DNA of 64,000 nucleotides from a virus (Duplodnaviria; Caudoviricetes): IMG/VR virus record IMGVR_UViG_3300042288_001626; one strand, 5' to 3'. Shown piece by piece: positions 9,033 to 18,874 of this stretch (position 1 is its first letter; each line of letters starts with the position of its first letter). The notes under the pieces were generated by a model. It saw only the letters and a program-made list of their open reading frames with translations, ran no database searches and was not told where the DNA came from. The position numbers and the translations under genes were made by a program.

Positions 9033-9955
9033 CTTAAGGATTTCTCATGTTCTTGTTTAATTATACTGAATAGCTGCTCACTAGTAGTATCGTCAGGGGA
9101 CTCAAACCCGTAATCTCTAAGGTCGATGTTCAGACACCGCCTGCCGTTGATAACGAACTCTCGTTGAATCTCTCTGGCAAGTGTTTGTGTATCATCTTCG
9201 CCGTCAAGGATTAGAGTTATATGTTTCCATTCCTGAATAAGCTGCTTTTGCTTTTCAGATATACCTTTACCCAAGGTAGCCACACTATTAGCAAGCTTCA
9301 AGGCTTTTTTGACTCCCTCGACAACTACCACAGACTCGTGCTGCTTGGCTCCGTGATAGTTGAACAGATGATCGCCCTTCGGAAACAGGTGCATATATCG
9401 CATGAACTGGAATCGGTCTCCGTTCCAGGTTCCAGGTATAAACCTAACCTGCCATCCAGCATACGACGAGTCTTTGGAGAAAATAGGGAAAAACAAGCTT
9501 CCGCTAGTGTTTACAGTAAATCCACTATCAAACTGTATGTTAATTCCTCCTCCTTCAGGTATGTAACGAACACCTAGAGAGTCATAATAGCTTAGGTTAT
9601 GCAGATGATCTTTACTTAAAAAGTCTAGTGCAGGGTGATTTGGAGGAGTCAAATCCTGAAGTAAATCTGCCTTAGAGTATGGAACAATTGTCGCATGAGG
9701 ATACTCAACCTCATACACATCTCCAACAGCTCTCTCGAACTCTACATTGTCTCCTAGCAGCTCTTTAATCGGTAGCGTCTGTTCGCAGATAAAGCATCGA
9801 CTGATGTCCCATCCTGGACTGACGTACCTTTTCATCTTCTTGCTGTGTGTAGGGTCGCAGGTCGGGCAGGGAATACGAAAACTCCCTCCCGACACTGGCT
9901 TGACCTTACCAAACTTATTCTTTAACAGTTCTAGAATCTTTTGATTCATTTTCAA
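9029..9955 (-). CDS. DnaG-like primase (Zn ribbon plus TOPRIM)
   Basis: CPTC...CFIC Zn ribbon, LFFPI...GWQVR, VVVEG, LILDGEDD. Confidence 0.75.
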   Translation of the reverse strand: MKMNQKILELLKNKFGKVKPVSGGSFRIPCPTCDPTHSKKMKRYVSPGWDISRCFICEQTLPIKELLGDNVEFERAVGDVYEVEYPHATIVPYSKADLLQDLTPPNHPALDFLSKDHLHNLSYYDSLGVRYIPEGGGINIQFDSGFTVNTSGSLFFPIFSKDSSYAGWQVRFIPGTWNGDRFQFMRYMHLFPKGDHLFNYHGAKQHESVVVVEGVKKALKLANSVATLGKGISEKQKQLIQEWKHITLILDGEDDTQTLAREIQREFVINGRRCLNIDLRDYGFESPDDTTSEQLFSIIKQEHEKSLR

Positions 9956-10193
9956 TTAACTCTAGTAAACCTTCCCGGAACTTTCCGTCAGTAAGATAAT
10001 AGATATCATTGATTTCAGGCTCTGGATTACGTTTGTAGTCTGGATGGATTCGCCAAGAGTTACTGACAATCTGACCTAGGCGTAAATGAGGTCTTGCAAG
10101 CCAGTATTCTCGCAAATCTGCCAAGGTGCTCTCCACGTACTCTAGATTACGTGCAAACTCTTCTTTTTGTCGTTTTGTTTGTTCGTTACGCAT
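9915..10193 (-). CDS. DUF1040/YihD-like small protein
   Basis: W-x3-P-x-LRLGQ motif. Confidence 0.55.
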   Translation of the reverse strand: MRNEQTKRQKEEFARNLEYVESTLADLREYWLARPHLRLGQIVSNSWRIHPDYKRNPEPEINDIYYLTDGKFREGLLELIENESKDSRTVKE

Positions 10194-11654
10194 TTACTTT
10201 GTGTATTTTTGCCAATCTATTTGTTCAGGACTATCCACGACGTTCACTGTCCATCCTTGTTCCTCGTAGTACTTCATACGCTTTTTAGCCATACCTTCCA
10301 GTGTAGGGTCATGGTTGTCCATAAAGTCGACAAGCACAAAGTGCGTTTTTTCAGGGAGATTAAACTTTTCTCTCTGTTCTTTTGTGAGTATCCGACTACC
10401 TCTATATGCCTCTTGCAGCACTTCAACTTTACTGCTACCTCCAGAAGCCTGAATAACTACTCGACAGTTAGGAATATCTACACCTGCACGGAAAGCGTCG
10501 CTGGCTATAAGTATCTGAAACTCATTATTACTAAACTCTTGAATTGTTTTGTTTTGCTGTGATGAGCTCAACGCAAAAGATCCAACATTTTTCTTGCTAG
10601 ATTCTCTATGCAGATACTTTGTATCGTTTGGCATGTATTTGTACATGGGGATAAGATGATCTTTGACATGATCTATGAATATGATCGTCTGCCAAGAGGA
10701 AGGAACGAGAGAAGCTACCTTTCCTATAATCTCATTCCTCTTGTTGCATGTCTTGATCCCATACTTTAGTTTGCTCTCAAAGCTGTTGTAATTTTCAATA
10801 AACAAGTTTTCAGGCATTCTGACCATATATACCATGCCAGGAACAACGGCCCCTGCACCTTCAGCGTCCTCGTATGGAAAATAAATCAAATCTTCTCCGA
10901 ACAGTCCTTTGAGTAGTTTGTCGGTATTATTAAAAATACCTTCTGTAGTGGCACTGAACCCAAACATCCTGACAGGTTTCAGTGTCTTCAGCGCATTCTG
11001 GAATGTGTCTTGTCCGGCTGATTGCATCTCATCAACAAGCAGGAGCTGGCATTTCTCAAGAGCACAGTTTTGGAGAGAACGAAACGTGGTAATCGTTATG
11101 TCGGAACTGATATCATTTTTACCGTCTCCGACAATACCTATGTGTTTTTCTGGAAAAAACTCCTTAAACTTTTGGTATGTCTGAAGCACAACCTGCTTGA
11201 GAGGAATAGCAAGAATGGTGTTAAGTTTGTTCCAGGCAGCGTAAGTCACTGCCTGGATATGAGTCTTGCCAAAACCTCCCGTGGCGTTAATTACTCCACT
11301 CTCTTCTGCTCCCTTAAACAGGAGGTCTATAACAGGTTGTTGCTGATAATCTCTAAGCTTGATTTTTTTAACAGCCTTCCAGTCCGGATCAGGCATAGGA
11401 GTACGAAGGTCTTCGTGCTCCACTACGTCCATATTTTTATTTATCAGCCCTACAATATCGTGATAGAAACCAGGTAGGGTATATATTGACCCGTCGCTAT
11501 CAGAGGCGTAAAGCAACTTCTCTACAAAAACACATTCTCTTCGATACTGAATGCTTCGCATCTCTCTATGATGGTACCGCAGAAACTTACTGAGGTAAAT
11601 AGGACAAGGGTTTACCTTGATGCCTCCATCAAACCTGGTTACTGTTATTTTCAT
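10194..11654 (-). CDS. SF2 (UvsW-like) DNA helicase
   Basis: LRDYQ Q-motif, TGGFGKT, VDEMQ, SAT, GVDIP, VDFMD. Confidence 0.85.
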   Translation of the reverse strand: MKITVTRFDGGIKVNPCPIYLSKFLRYHHREMRSIQYRRECVFVEKLLYASDSDGSIYTLPGFYHDIVGLINKNMDVVEHEDLRTPMPDPDWKAVKKIKLRDYQQQPVIDLLFKGAEESGVINATGGFGKTHIQAVTYAAWNKLNTILAIPLKQVVLQTYQKFKEFFPEKHIGIVGDGKNDISSDITITTFRSLQNCALEKCQLLLVDEMQSAGQDTFQNALKTLKPVRMFGFSATTEGIFNNTDKLLKGLFGEDLIYFPYEDAEGAGAVVPGMVYMVRMPENLFIENYNSFESKLKYGIKTCNKRNEIIGKVASLVPSSWQTIIFIDHVKDHLIPMYKYMPNDTKYLHRESSKKNVGSFALSSSQQNKTIQEFSNNEFQILIASDAFRAGVDIPNCRVVIQASGGSSKVEVLQEAYRGSRILTKEQREKFNLPEKTHFVLVDFMDNHDPTLEGMAKKRMKYYEEQGWTVNVVDSPEQIDWQKYTK

Positions 11655-11869
11655 TTTAAGTTAGCCTGTCTTTTGTTCCTTTTGCGTCCGTGTCTGTTTC
11701 CTTGCAATTGCCCTGCACTATTTCTAGGCATTTGATCGCTGATGACTCTGGACATAGCAGACTGAGCTAAATCTGCTAAACGTCCAGCGTTATTTGTTAG
11801 CCCAAAATATATAGCTGCTCCGGCCAACAAACCTGGAATGATAGCGTTGTTTTTATTTTCGTCTCCCAT
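11651..11869 (-). CDS. Small predicted membrane protein
   Basis: 72 aa with hydrophobic stretch IIPGLLAGAAIYFGL and a basic tail. Confidence 0.6.
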   Translation of the reverse strand: MGDENKNNAIIPGLLAGAAIYFGLTNNAGRLADLAQSAMSRVISDQMPRNSAGQLQGNRHGRKRNKRQANLK

Positions 11870-11884
11870 AGTTAGTGTATTTTG

Positions 11885-13927
11885 TTACAGATTGATTGTG
11901 TTGTCGACGTACTCACTCAGTTCGCTGTGATGATCAATCACAATGACTTGTTTAAATTTGCTGCTCTTGCCTAGGGTCTTGATGATCTCGAAATATTTTT
12001 TAGCATTTTCGTTATTCAACCCGTAGCTGCCTTCGTCAATAATCATAAACGGAAAAGCTCCGACAAACATGTTATGTAATGCTAAACGCAAGCTAAACCC
12101 TACCATAACTTGCTGACCGCCTGATATAGCAGGCAGCTGGAGGCCCTCAGCATTAAAAACATCAATACCGAAGGTTTCATTCACCTTTGCAGTGTATGGA
12201 AAGTCGAAGCTGGCGAGTACTTCATTCATGTACTCTGATACAGTCGAACTGTATGTCTGGATAAGTGCTCTAGGGAATTTGCCTGTATGAAACAAATCAT
12301 ACACACTCCTTAAAATACTGACATACTGATTGCGCTTTTTATTCTTCTCAGCATTTAAGTTACTGTCCTTCAGCTCCTGCTTGATGACCTTGATCTCTCT
12401 ATTGTTTTCAGCAATTTCAATTTCAAGCTTTTTGACCGCTTCTCTGGCTTTTTGAAACTCCTCGATTTTTGTGCGTATGTCTAGTTGCTCTGCAGCGAAT
12501 TGAGAAGAATCCTTGTCGTAAGCGGTTAATCCTGCTAGCTGTATCCTCAGCTTGTGTGTATCGTCGTCAATTCCGGAGATCTCATTATTTAGCAAGCTTA
12601 GCTTGCTCTCCCATGCAGAGTATTTTGCAATAACAGACTCACACAAATCGTAAGCCTCTTGATCGAATGACACGTCCGAGTAGCTGTTCAAGGCATTTTC
12701 TATAGTCTGTAAAGAGTTTTCGTAAGCTTCCCAAGCAGACAGATAGGCTGTTCTATCTTTTAACTCAAGCTGTACAGAAATCAGTTCTGCTTTTTGCTTC
12801 TGTCCTGCTGCGATGATAGGTTCGCGTTCTTTTTCTACATGAGCCACTAGCGCTGCTATATTTTCAACTTTCGTTCCGCATGTAGGGCATACTCCTGAAG
12901 CTAGTCCTGATTTTTCATACTCTTCAATTTTCTTATTTAATTCTACAACACTGCTTCGCTTGGCCTTCAGTGCAGCTTCAAGCTCCAGCTCTTTTTGCCT
13001 AAGCTCCTGAACTTGCTCCTTATCTACAGCTACCGCAGGCTTTACAAGAGCGTCTTTCTTAGACTGCCAACTTTGTCTTGCCTCATGTAAGCTTTTTGCA
13101 GCCTTTTGTTCGGCAACACAATCACGATACTCTTGAATGGTTATGAGCTGCATCTTGCTCTTGATAGCGTCCGCCGCTCCACTCAACAGCTTGCGCTGCT
13201 CTAGACTTTCCTCCAGCTGCTTGCTTAGTGCAGATTGTAGTTCTCCAGATTCTTCTACTTTAGCTAGATAGGCTCTTCTCGCAATATAAGAGTCGTATAG
13301 GTTATCGTCGATATCGTACTCAGCAATCTGCTCCTGCCCTAGCTCCACCAGCTTCTCTAGACATTGCAGGTCACTGTTAAGTGTCACAAGATCTTTAACA
13401 GGATACTCTGGAGGAGCATCCTTTATATATCCATTCCAGATAGTGTCCCTGAGCTTGGTTGTGTTTGGAACCATGAATATTTTCTGAAATAGCTTTTCTT
13501 TGGTGCTGTTGTCACCGTTAAACAGCAAAGCAATTTCTCCCTGGTTGGACACAATAACGTTTTGAACGATATTCTTATCTATCTGAAAGAGATTGTCCCA
13601 TATCTCATTAACTTCGGAAGATTTTTTGTATGTTTTACCTTCATACATAAAATTTACCTTGGCTGAGTCTATATGTCGTTCCAGCACTGCTTCCTTTTCG
13701 TCAATCAGCAGGTGACCTATAACATATCCGCTTGTCTGTCCTACAGTGAGCATGTCGGCTTTTGTCTTGCCGTAACCCTCGCCAGTAAGAAGAAATATGA
13801 TAGCTTCGACAATACTGCTCTTACCGCTACCATTACCTCCAACAATTCCAGTCACTCCAGAAGCAAACTCGAACACCGAGCTGCGGTGCGACCGGAAATT
13901 TTTAAGTACCAGTTTAGTAAGTTCCAT
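11885..13927 (-). CDS. sbcC: SbcC/Rad50-like SMC-family ATPase
   Basis: Walker A GGNGSGKSS, coiled coil with CPTCG zinc hook, signature ISGGQ, Walker B IIDEG, H-loop IDHH. Confidence 0.93.
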   Translation of the reverse strand: MELTKLVLKNFRSHRSSVFEFASGVTGIVGGNGSGKSSIVEAIIFLLTGEGYGKTKADMLTVGQTSGYVIGHLLIDEKEAVLERHIDSAKVNFMYEGKTYKKSSEVNEIWDNLFQIDKNIVQNVIVSNQGEIALLFNGDNSTKEKLFQKIFMVPNTTKLRDTIWNGYIKDAPPEYPVKDLVTLNSDLQCLEKLVELGQEQIAEYDIDDNLYDSYIARRAYLAKVEESGELQSALSKQLEESLEQRKLLSGAADAIKSKMQLITIQEYRDCVAEQKAAKSLHEARQSWQSKKDALVKPAVAVDKEQVQELRQKELELEAALKAKRSSVVELNKKIEEYEKSGLASGVCPTCGTKVENIAALVAHVEKEREPIIAAGQKQKAELISVQLELKDRTAYLSAWEAYENSLQTIENALNSYSDVSFDQEAYDLCESVIAKYSAWESKLSLLNNEISGIDDDTHKLRIQLAGLTAYDKDSSQFAAEQLDIRTKIEEFQKAREAVKKLEIEIAENNREIKVIKQELKDSNLNAEKNKKRNQYVSILRSVYDLFHTGKFPRALIQTYSSTVSEYMNEVLASFDFPYTAKVNETFGIDVFNAEGLQLPAISGGQQVMVGFSLRLALHNMFVGAFPFMIIDEGSYGLNNENAKKYFEIIKTLGKSSKFKQVIVIDHHSELSEYVDNTINL

Positions 13928-14210
13928 CGAATATTTCTTGGATAGATGTATTGATCAACTCCCTAGGCATGGTTGCAGGATGATGATTCGTATACGGAAG
14001 ACAATTACCGTCCCATTCTTTTGGAAGATTTCCAAGATCATGTAATTCCTCTGCAACTACATGTGTAGGAGCCTCACTACGCATGCTGTCGGCATGAATG
14101 CACATGATGCTGTTTACGGTGTTTTCCACAGTCTGCAAAGAATCTTCCTCAGGAGCAGCAACAATAAATTCTTTTTCTACAGTGATTTTATACAGTTTAT
14201 ATTTACTCAT
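13914..14210 (-). CDS. Hypothetical protein
   Basis: 98-aa ORF in the contiguous minus-strand string. Confidence 0.7.
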   Translation of the reverse strand: MSKYKLYKITVEKEFIVAAPEEDSLQTVENTVNSIMCIHADSMRSEAPTHVVAEELHDLGNLPKEWDGNCLPYTNHHPATMPRELINTSIQEIFDGTY

Positions 14211-14213
14211 ACT

Positions 14214-14531
14214 TTATTCTTCGGTAATGTTTACTACGTTTCTTAGTTCAGTCACTTCTACGATTTTGTATTCTCGTTTAGGATGACGTTTGCTTAATTT
14301 TTTTATTTTATCGTTAAGCGCAGGCAGAGCGTAATCTGGATATGCGCCTGACCGTAGACGAAAGACACCTGAATGCCTTGAATACAGCCTCCAAGGAGTG
14401 AATGTCTCTGAGAGAATCTCTCGTCCACGAGAGTCTGTGGATGTAGCTGGCAGCTCAGAGTATTGAACAGAGAGCACCTTTGTTCTAAAAGCTATATGAT
14501 ACCTTACGGTAGTATAGTTTAAATGATTCAT
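14214..14531 (-). CDS. Hypothetical protein
   Basis: 105-aa ORF overlapping the uvsE stop. Confidence 0.65.
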   Translation of the reverse strand: MNHLNYTTVRYHIAFRTKVLSVQYSELPATSTDSRGREILSETFTPWRLYSRHSGVFRLRSGAYPDYALPALNDKIKKLSKRHPKREYKIVEVTELRNVVNITEE

Positions 14532-15451
14532 AACAGCTCAAACGACTTCTCTTTCATCTTGAATTCAAAGTCTAGGTCAATCGTTTGACCGTAGGTGTCA
14601 GGCAGTTTTGTTGCATAATCGCTATGCTTTCTAGGATTTTTATTTCCAGGAATGCTTTCGCTATAATGAAACAACGGCACGTACGGTTTGGTTCTCCAGG
14701 TATCGTGAGCCAGCAGAAAAGCCTGCGCTTCCTGCGCGAAATACCCTGCACCTGGATTACATTTATGATGCAGATAATCAAACGTTATCGGTATTTCAGG
14801 ACTATCAAAATAATCAAACAGTTGCGCTACTGTCCAACCTGCCGGCTTGTCGTCATTCTCCAAAACTAAACGACTCGTAACATTTTCAGACAAGCGGCTC
14901 ATATTACTATAGAACAGATCGCGGACAGCTTTTCTTTGATCGTCAGAGACTGCACTACGATTAACATGGATATTTATCGGAGATTCTTTACTGAGAGGGC
15001 AGCCTATTCTCGTCATAAACCATCCCTGAAAATCGAGCTCGGATACTGTTCTAATCACCGCATCACTATTCTCGCTAGCCAATACATTGAATTGATCTGG
15101 GTGACTACTCAGTCTTACTTTGTAAGTTTCTCGAGTCTCTTTAATTTTATCAAAACCTTCAACAATCTCATCTATTTGAGGAAATTCCTCAAACACTATG
15201 TGAGCTTTTTCATAGGTCATTAGCGGGAATATATTGCTGCTTAACCTGTAGTTATGATTTCTAACTCCGCAGTACTCGATTGCTTTTTGAGTTACAAGAA
15301 GATTATTTAGTATAACATCTCCTAGCTTAACCAAAGCTTCCGCTCTCTCTAGAGAACTGAAGCGTTTATAAGTCATTGTTTTAAACTTAAGCGGAGGATC
15401 ATTTTCTTCCAGTTCAAGAACAATACAACACACACCTCTATTACGAATCAT
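14528..15451 (-). CDS. uvsE: UV-damage endonuclease (UvdE/UvsE)
   Basis: YRLSS, SSHPDQFNVLAS, LVLENDDK, TFDYLHH, FHYSES, HSDY. Confidence 0.93.
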   Translation of the reverse strand: MIRNRGVCCIVLELEENDPPLKFKTMTYKRFSSLERAEALVKLGDVILNNLLVTQKAIEYCGVRNHNYRLSSNIFPLMTYEKAHIVFEEFPQIDEIVEGFDKIKETRETYKVRLSSHPDQFNVLASENSDAVIRTVSELDFQGWFMTRIGCPLSKESPINIHVNRSAVSDDQRKAVRDLFYSNMSRLSENVTSRLVLENDDKPAGWTVAQLFDYFDSPEIPITFDYLHHKCNPGAGYFAQEAQAFLLAHDTWRTKPYVPLFHYSESIPGNKNPRKHSDYATKLPDTYGQTIDLDFEFKMKEKSFELL

Positions 15452-15669
15452 TACAAATAATTGTTTCTATTTTGGTTTTGCTCATCCCTATGATCAATAC
15501 TGTAGTTTGCTTCTACAACCTCACAAATAATACGAATCATTTCTGGAACTTCTAGATAAGTTCTGTAGCCGGCCTCATCATTGACTTCCTTGATTTTTCT
15601 TTGGATCTGTGGAGTTATTTTAGTTTGATCAATTTTTGTCATTTTTAAAAATGTTATCAACAAGCGCAA
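15451..15669 (-). CDS. Hypothetical protein
   Basis: 72-aa ORF, stop overlaps the uvsE start. Confidence 0.6.
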   Translation of the reverse strand: MRLLITFLKMTKIDQTKITPQIQRKIKEVNDEAGYRTYLEVPEMIRIICEVVEANYSIDHRDEQNQNRNNYL

Positions 15670-15684
15670 TAGCGTTTTGTTTCG

Positions 15685-16269
15685 CTATTTTTTAAGCTTT
15701 TCTAGATATTCAACAAAAGCTTCCATTATCCTGCGTTCATCTTCTTCATCTCTATCGAACGTACGAGCTAGATCTGCCTTTAGCGTACTGAGCACTATGG
15801 CGATACTTTCTTTACCAAAGATAGCGGGCAGAGATACCGCGTTTATGAGTGCGTTATATACTCTAGCTGCCTCTAACTGACTTTGTGTTAATGCCGGAAC
15901 AACAGACACCGTAGGTTCAGAGACATGCTCCTCCTCTAAAGGCTTTTGTTTTTTTGGCTTTGTGTGGAATGTTAGAGTGAGTGACGCTTTGGTTTTACCT
16001 TTTTCCGTATATATGTAAAGCTTGCCTTGGAAGTTCTCCAGAAACACTTCAAGGTCTTCCAATCCGTCGTCTTCATAAGTCCTATACCACCTGTCTCCAC
16101 AGCAAGCGCAATCTGTGTCTGTAGCGCAGCCATCAAAGTATATACCCACACTCTCTGCGATGCTATTTGCTTCTTCAGCGCTGCTAGCTTCAATGATTAC
16201 TACCTCGTCAACGTCTTCATTCTGGATATAGTCTCCTCCTGAGTTATTTTGTTGGTATTTGTAGTACAT
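15685..16269 (-). CDS. Phage protein with QNNSGG...DCxCCGDRW domain
   Basis: N-terminal YQQNNSGG and DCACCGDRW motifs typical of small phage accessory proteins. Confidence 0.7.
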   Translation of the reverse strand: MYYKYQQNNSGGDYIQNEDVDEVVIIEASSAEEANSIAESVGIYFDGCATDTDCACCGDRWYRTYEDDGLEDLEVFLENFQGKLYIYTEKGKTKASLTLTFHTKPKKQKPLEEEHVSEPTVSVVPALTQSQLEAARVYNALINAVSLPAIFGKESIAIVLSTLKADLARTFDRDEEDERRIMEAFVEYLEKLKK

Positions 16270-16297
16270 AGATTTTTAATTAAATTATTTGTCTAGA

Positions 16298-16591
16298 TTA
16301 AAACCGGGATATTGGTTCTGATGTGTACAGCGTTATTGTTTTTCTTGTTTCTCCTAGCACAGAGCAAAGAATTACTGAGTGCGGCTCATAACCTTCCGAA
16401 TCTTCATAGGCATATATTCTGTGGCGTTTCCCGTCAAGAACAGCTATAAGCTCCTCACACTCTTCCCTGCTTAATTTTACTTGTGTATCTCCGCTTTGAA
16501 TTGTGAGCGTTTCAAGGAACTTTTCAGGATATAGATTGAATCCTGCTGCCACTGTAAATTTTTCAACAGCAACTTGATTAGATATCAGCAT
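16298..16591 (-). CDS. Hypothetical protein
   Basis: 97-aa ORF in the string. Confidence 0.65.
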   Translation of the reverse strand: MLISNQVAVEKFTVAAGFNLYPEKFLETLTIQSGDTQVKLSREECEELIAVLDGKRHRIYAYEDSEGYEPHSVILCSVLGETRKTITLYTSEPISRF

Positions 16592-16592
16592 A

Positions 16593-16727
16593 TTATTTTT
16601 TAAGGCACTCGCAACGCGTTCCTGTCGAACAACCAGCCAGCTTGGATTGCAGATAGAAGCCTCCGCAGGTGATAACTACCAAGCAAGTAATTATAAATAA
16701 TATTTCTGCAAATTTATGTTTGTCCAT
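16593..16727 (-). CDS. 44-aa membrane peptide with a Cys-rich tail (not in the track)
   Basis: MDKHKFAEILFIITCLVVITCGGFYLQSKLAGCSTGTRCECLKK* fills the gap between two genes. Confidence 0.55.
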   Translation of the reverse strand: MDKHKFAEILFIITCLVVITCGGFYLQSKLAGCSTGTRCECLKK

Positions 16728-17076
16728 ATTTTGATTTTTTACTCTCGGTTGTGTTACCGACTACCTTAAAAGATGCTGCGTAATCTGCTAGATCACTGAA
16801 TGTTTCAAACGCATTAGCGATAACTACAACAAAACAAGCAAACTTTTCGCTATATTGCACTTCGCCAACAAACTTCACGCCATCATCTTTATAAGCAAAC
16901 TCTAACAGATCCCCTTCGTAGATATCGGTATCTCTTGAGTCTTTTAGTCCAGTGCTTTGCTGAACAGGATTATCATATTGATCTAAATAGCGATCAGAGT
17001 AATCAAAATAGCCTAATTGAAAATGAGTAAATCGGCCAAACTCTGGAATATAGACTCTAAATTTCAACGTGCGCAT
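16714..17076 (-). CDS. YopX-family protein
   Basis: LKFRVY, QQSTGLKDSRDTDIYEGDLL, VVGNT. Confidence 0.88.
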   Translation of the reverse strand: MRTLKFRVYIPEFGRFTHFQLGYFDYSDRYLDQYDNPVQQSTGLKDSRDTDIYEGDLLEFAYKDDGVKFVGEVQYSEKFACFVVVIANAFETFSDLADYAASFKVVGNTTESKKSKYGQT

Positions 17077-17084
17077 ATCACTGA

Positions 17085-17180
17085 TTATCTTAAGATGGTT
17101 GCTATTAGCAGGATGACAGATATTATAAAAGTAATTGAACAGATAATTGTGGTGGCGATAAATAATAGGCGCTCTTTCAT
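17085..17180 (-). CDS. 31-aa transmembrane peptide (not in the track)
   Basis: MKERLLFIATTIICSITFIISVILLIATILR*. Confidence 0.5.
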   Translation of the reverse strand: MKERLLFIATTIICSITFIISVILLIATILR

Positions 17181-17258
17181 ATCAATCCTCCCATTTGCTT
17201 AGTATACGCAGAAAAGCCTCTTTAGCTGAGATGTTAATTAGTTCTTTGTGAGCCATGT

Positions 17259-17579
17259 TTAAATACCTTTACTAAGTTCATCGACTTCTTTTTGAAGAGT
17301 AGCGATCTGCCTCTTTAGTACATGCACTTTATCGAGGGTTTTTTGTCTTTCTATTTGTCTAGCGTCAAGAATGTCGCCTATCGTCTCATCTTTCCAGATA
17401 CTTCTAATTGGATAAGCGTCGATACACCAATTCGCAGGCAGGTCTTCTTTGCGAATTATCTCGTGCACAGAAAACACTGTACATTTGTTTCCACAAACCG
17501 CACTCACAATTAATCCAGCAGTACCTGAGTCGTCTGCTGCCACAACCCCATCTAAATGCACTTTGTATAATTTTTTCAC
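17259..17579 (-). CDS. Hypothetical protein with a C-terminal coiled coil
   Basis: 106-aa ORF in the string. Confidence 0.65.
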   Translation of the reverse strand: MKKLYKVHLDGVVAADDSGTAGLIVSAVCGNKCTVFSVHEIIRKEDLPANWCIDAYPIRSIWKDETIGDILDARQIERQKTLDKVHVLKRQIATLQKEVDELSKGI

Positions 17580-17580
17580 G

Positions 17581-17868
17581 TTAACTTTTTCCTATAAAAA
17601 TATGCCAAACAAAACCGTTCACATGTATAGTCTTTAGATGAGTCAGCTGGTCAGCATTTTCAATCTCCCAACCTGTACCGTAAATTTCGAGGTTAATCTT
17701 CTCTGTAGGTTCGCTAGGATCTACAACCGCCCAAAGATACAGCTCAGACCCTTGGAATTCGATGTCGATAATATTTTCCCAAGCCCAGCGAGGCAGTTCA
17801 ACACTTGCTTCGTGCGGAGCGTCATGAGATCTGCTCCAATTTATAGGGTACTTATAGATTTTCTTCAT
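17581..17868 (-). CDS. Conserved small phage protein (IYKYP...LWAVVD...YGTGW type)
   Basis: Motif pattern common in phage accessory ORFs. Confidence 0.7.
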   Translation of the reverse strand: MKKIYKYPINWSRSHDAPHEASVELPRWAWENIIDIEFQGSELYLWAVVDPSEPTEKINLEIYGTGWEIENADQLTHLKTIHVNGFVWHIFIGKS

Positions 17869-17897
17869 ACTTACTTCCTTATTCCCCAGCTGTCATT

Positions 17898-18116
17898 CTA
17901 TTTCCTTTCGTTCCAGATATTGATCAACCTAACAGGAATTCTATCTTTGTTCAAAGCACTCTCTAGGACTTCTGATCTAATATAATCCCAGGGGCCAGCA
18001 CATCCACAGCCTTGGCAAATAACATTAGCAGGTATTCCTTCTCTATCTTCTGTGCTGTGCTGAACGGTTAGATCGTTACCGCCACAAAAAGGGCATGGTT
18101 TTATGTCGTCAGACAT
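17898..18116 (-). CDS. Lar-family restriction-alleviation Zn-ribbon protein
   Basis: IKPCPFCGG...VICQGCGCAGP...WNER. Confidence 0.8.
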   Translation of the reverse strand: MSDDIKPCPFCGGNDLTVQHSTEDREGIPANVICQGCGCAGPWDYIRSEVLESALNKDRIPVRLINIWNERK

Positions 18117-18134
18117 GTTAATAAACTACAGAAT

Positions 18135-18671
18135 TTAAATGTTCTCGTCGAATTCTGACAAAGATACAAAATCTACAAACGAAAGCGTGAATTTTCCATT
18201 ACGATCAAACCCAGTTTCTAGATAATAGACCATTACGCAAGGATAGCTGATTTCATAATCTTCATTTAATTCCAACTCCACATCAGCTGAGTACTTGGGG
18301 TTGTGAATATATGTGACGTCATCCTCGTGTTCCTCTGTAGCTTCAAGAGACTTAAAGCCTAAAACCTCTACGAGTTTGGCTTGCTCAACCTCATCACATA
18401 TCTCTTTTCGATCTCTCTTTTCTCCTGCTGCCTCATGCACGGTCATGTAATAATCGAAGCTTTCTTTCACGTCAGGAGGCATGTTTCCCTTATCGCTCCT
18501 GGAAAGTCTGCTCCAGGCAAGGAAAGGTTCTAGTTTAGGTAGATCCTCTTCCTCCCAAATGCTTGACTCTTCCCAGTCCCCTTCTTCGTTAATCTTACCG
18601 TATAGACTGATGTAATTCTTCCAAGCCCAGAGCCAGTGTTCCTCTTTGCTTTTAAATAATTTTTTATTCAT
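18135..18671 (-). CDS. Acidic hypothetical protein
   Basis: 178-aa ORF in the string. Confidence 0.7.
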   Translation of the reverse strand: MNKKLFKSKEEHWLWAWKNYISLYGKINEEGDWEESSIWEEEDLPKLEPFLAWSRLSRSDKGNMPPDVKESFDYYMTVHEAAGEKRDRKEICDEVEQAKLVEVLGFKSLEATEEHEDDVTYIHNPKYSADVELELNEDYEISYPCVMVYYLETGFDRNGKFTLSFVDFVSLSEFDENI

Positions 18672-18874
18672 TTCTTTTTTTTGATTGCTCCTTCTACTTC
18701 CTCTAGAATAGCTAGGAATTGTTTGTCCAGCTGTCTTTGCGTATCATACAATAAAGCAAACGCGTAATACACTCCTTGAGTAGCTGCCAGCTCAACAGCC
18801 ATCTCAGATGTTCTTTGTAGCTCATCTTTGAGTGTATATCTTCCGTATGTAGTGTCTATGTTGGATATATTCAT
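18668..18874 (-). CDS. Hypothetical protein
   Basis: 68-aa ORF, 4-nt overlap with the next gene. Confidence 0.6.
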   Translation of the reverse strand: MNISNIDTTYGRYTLKDELQRTSEMAVELAATQGVYYAFALLYDTQRQLDKQFLAILEEVEGAIKKKK

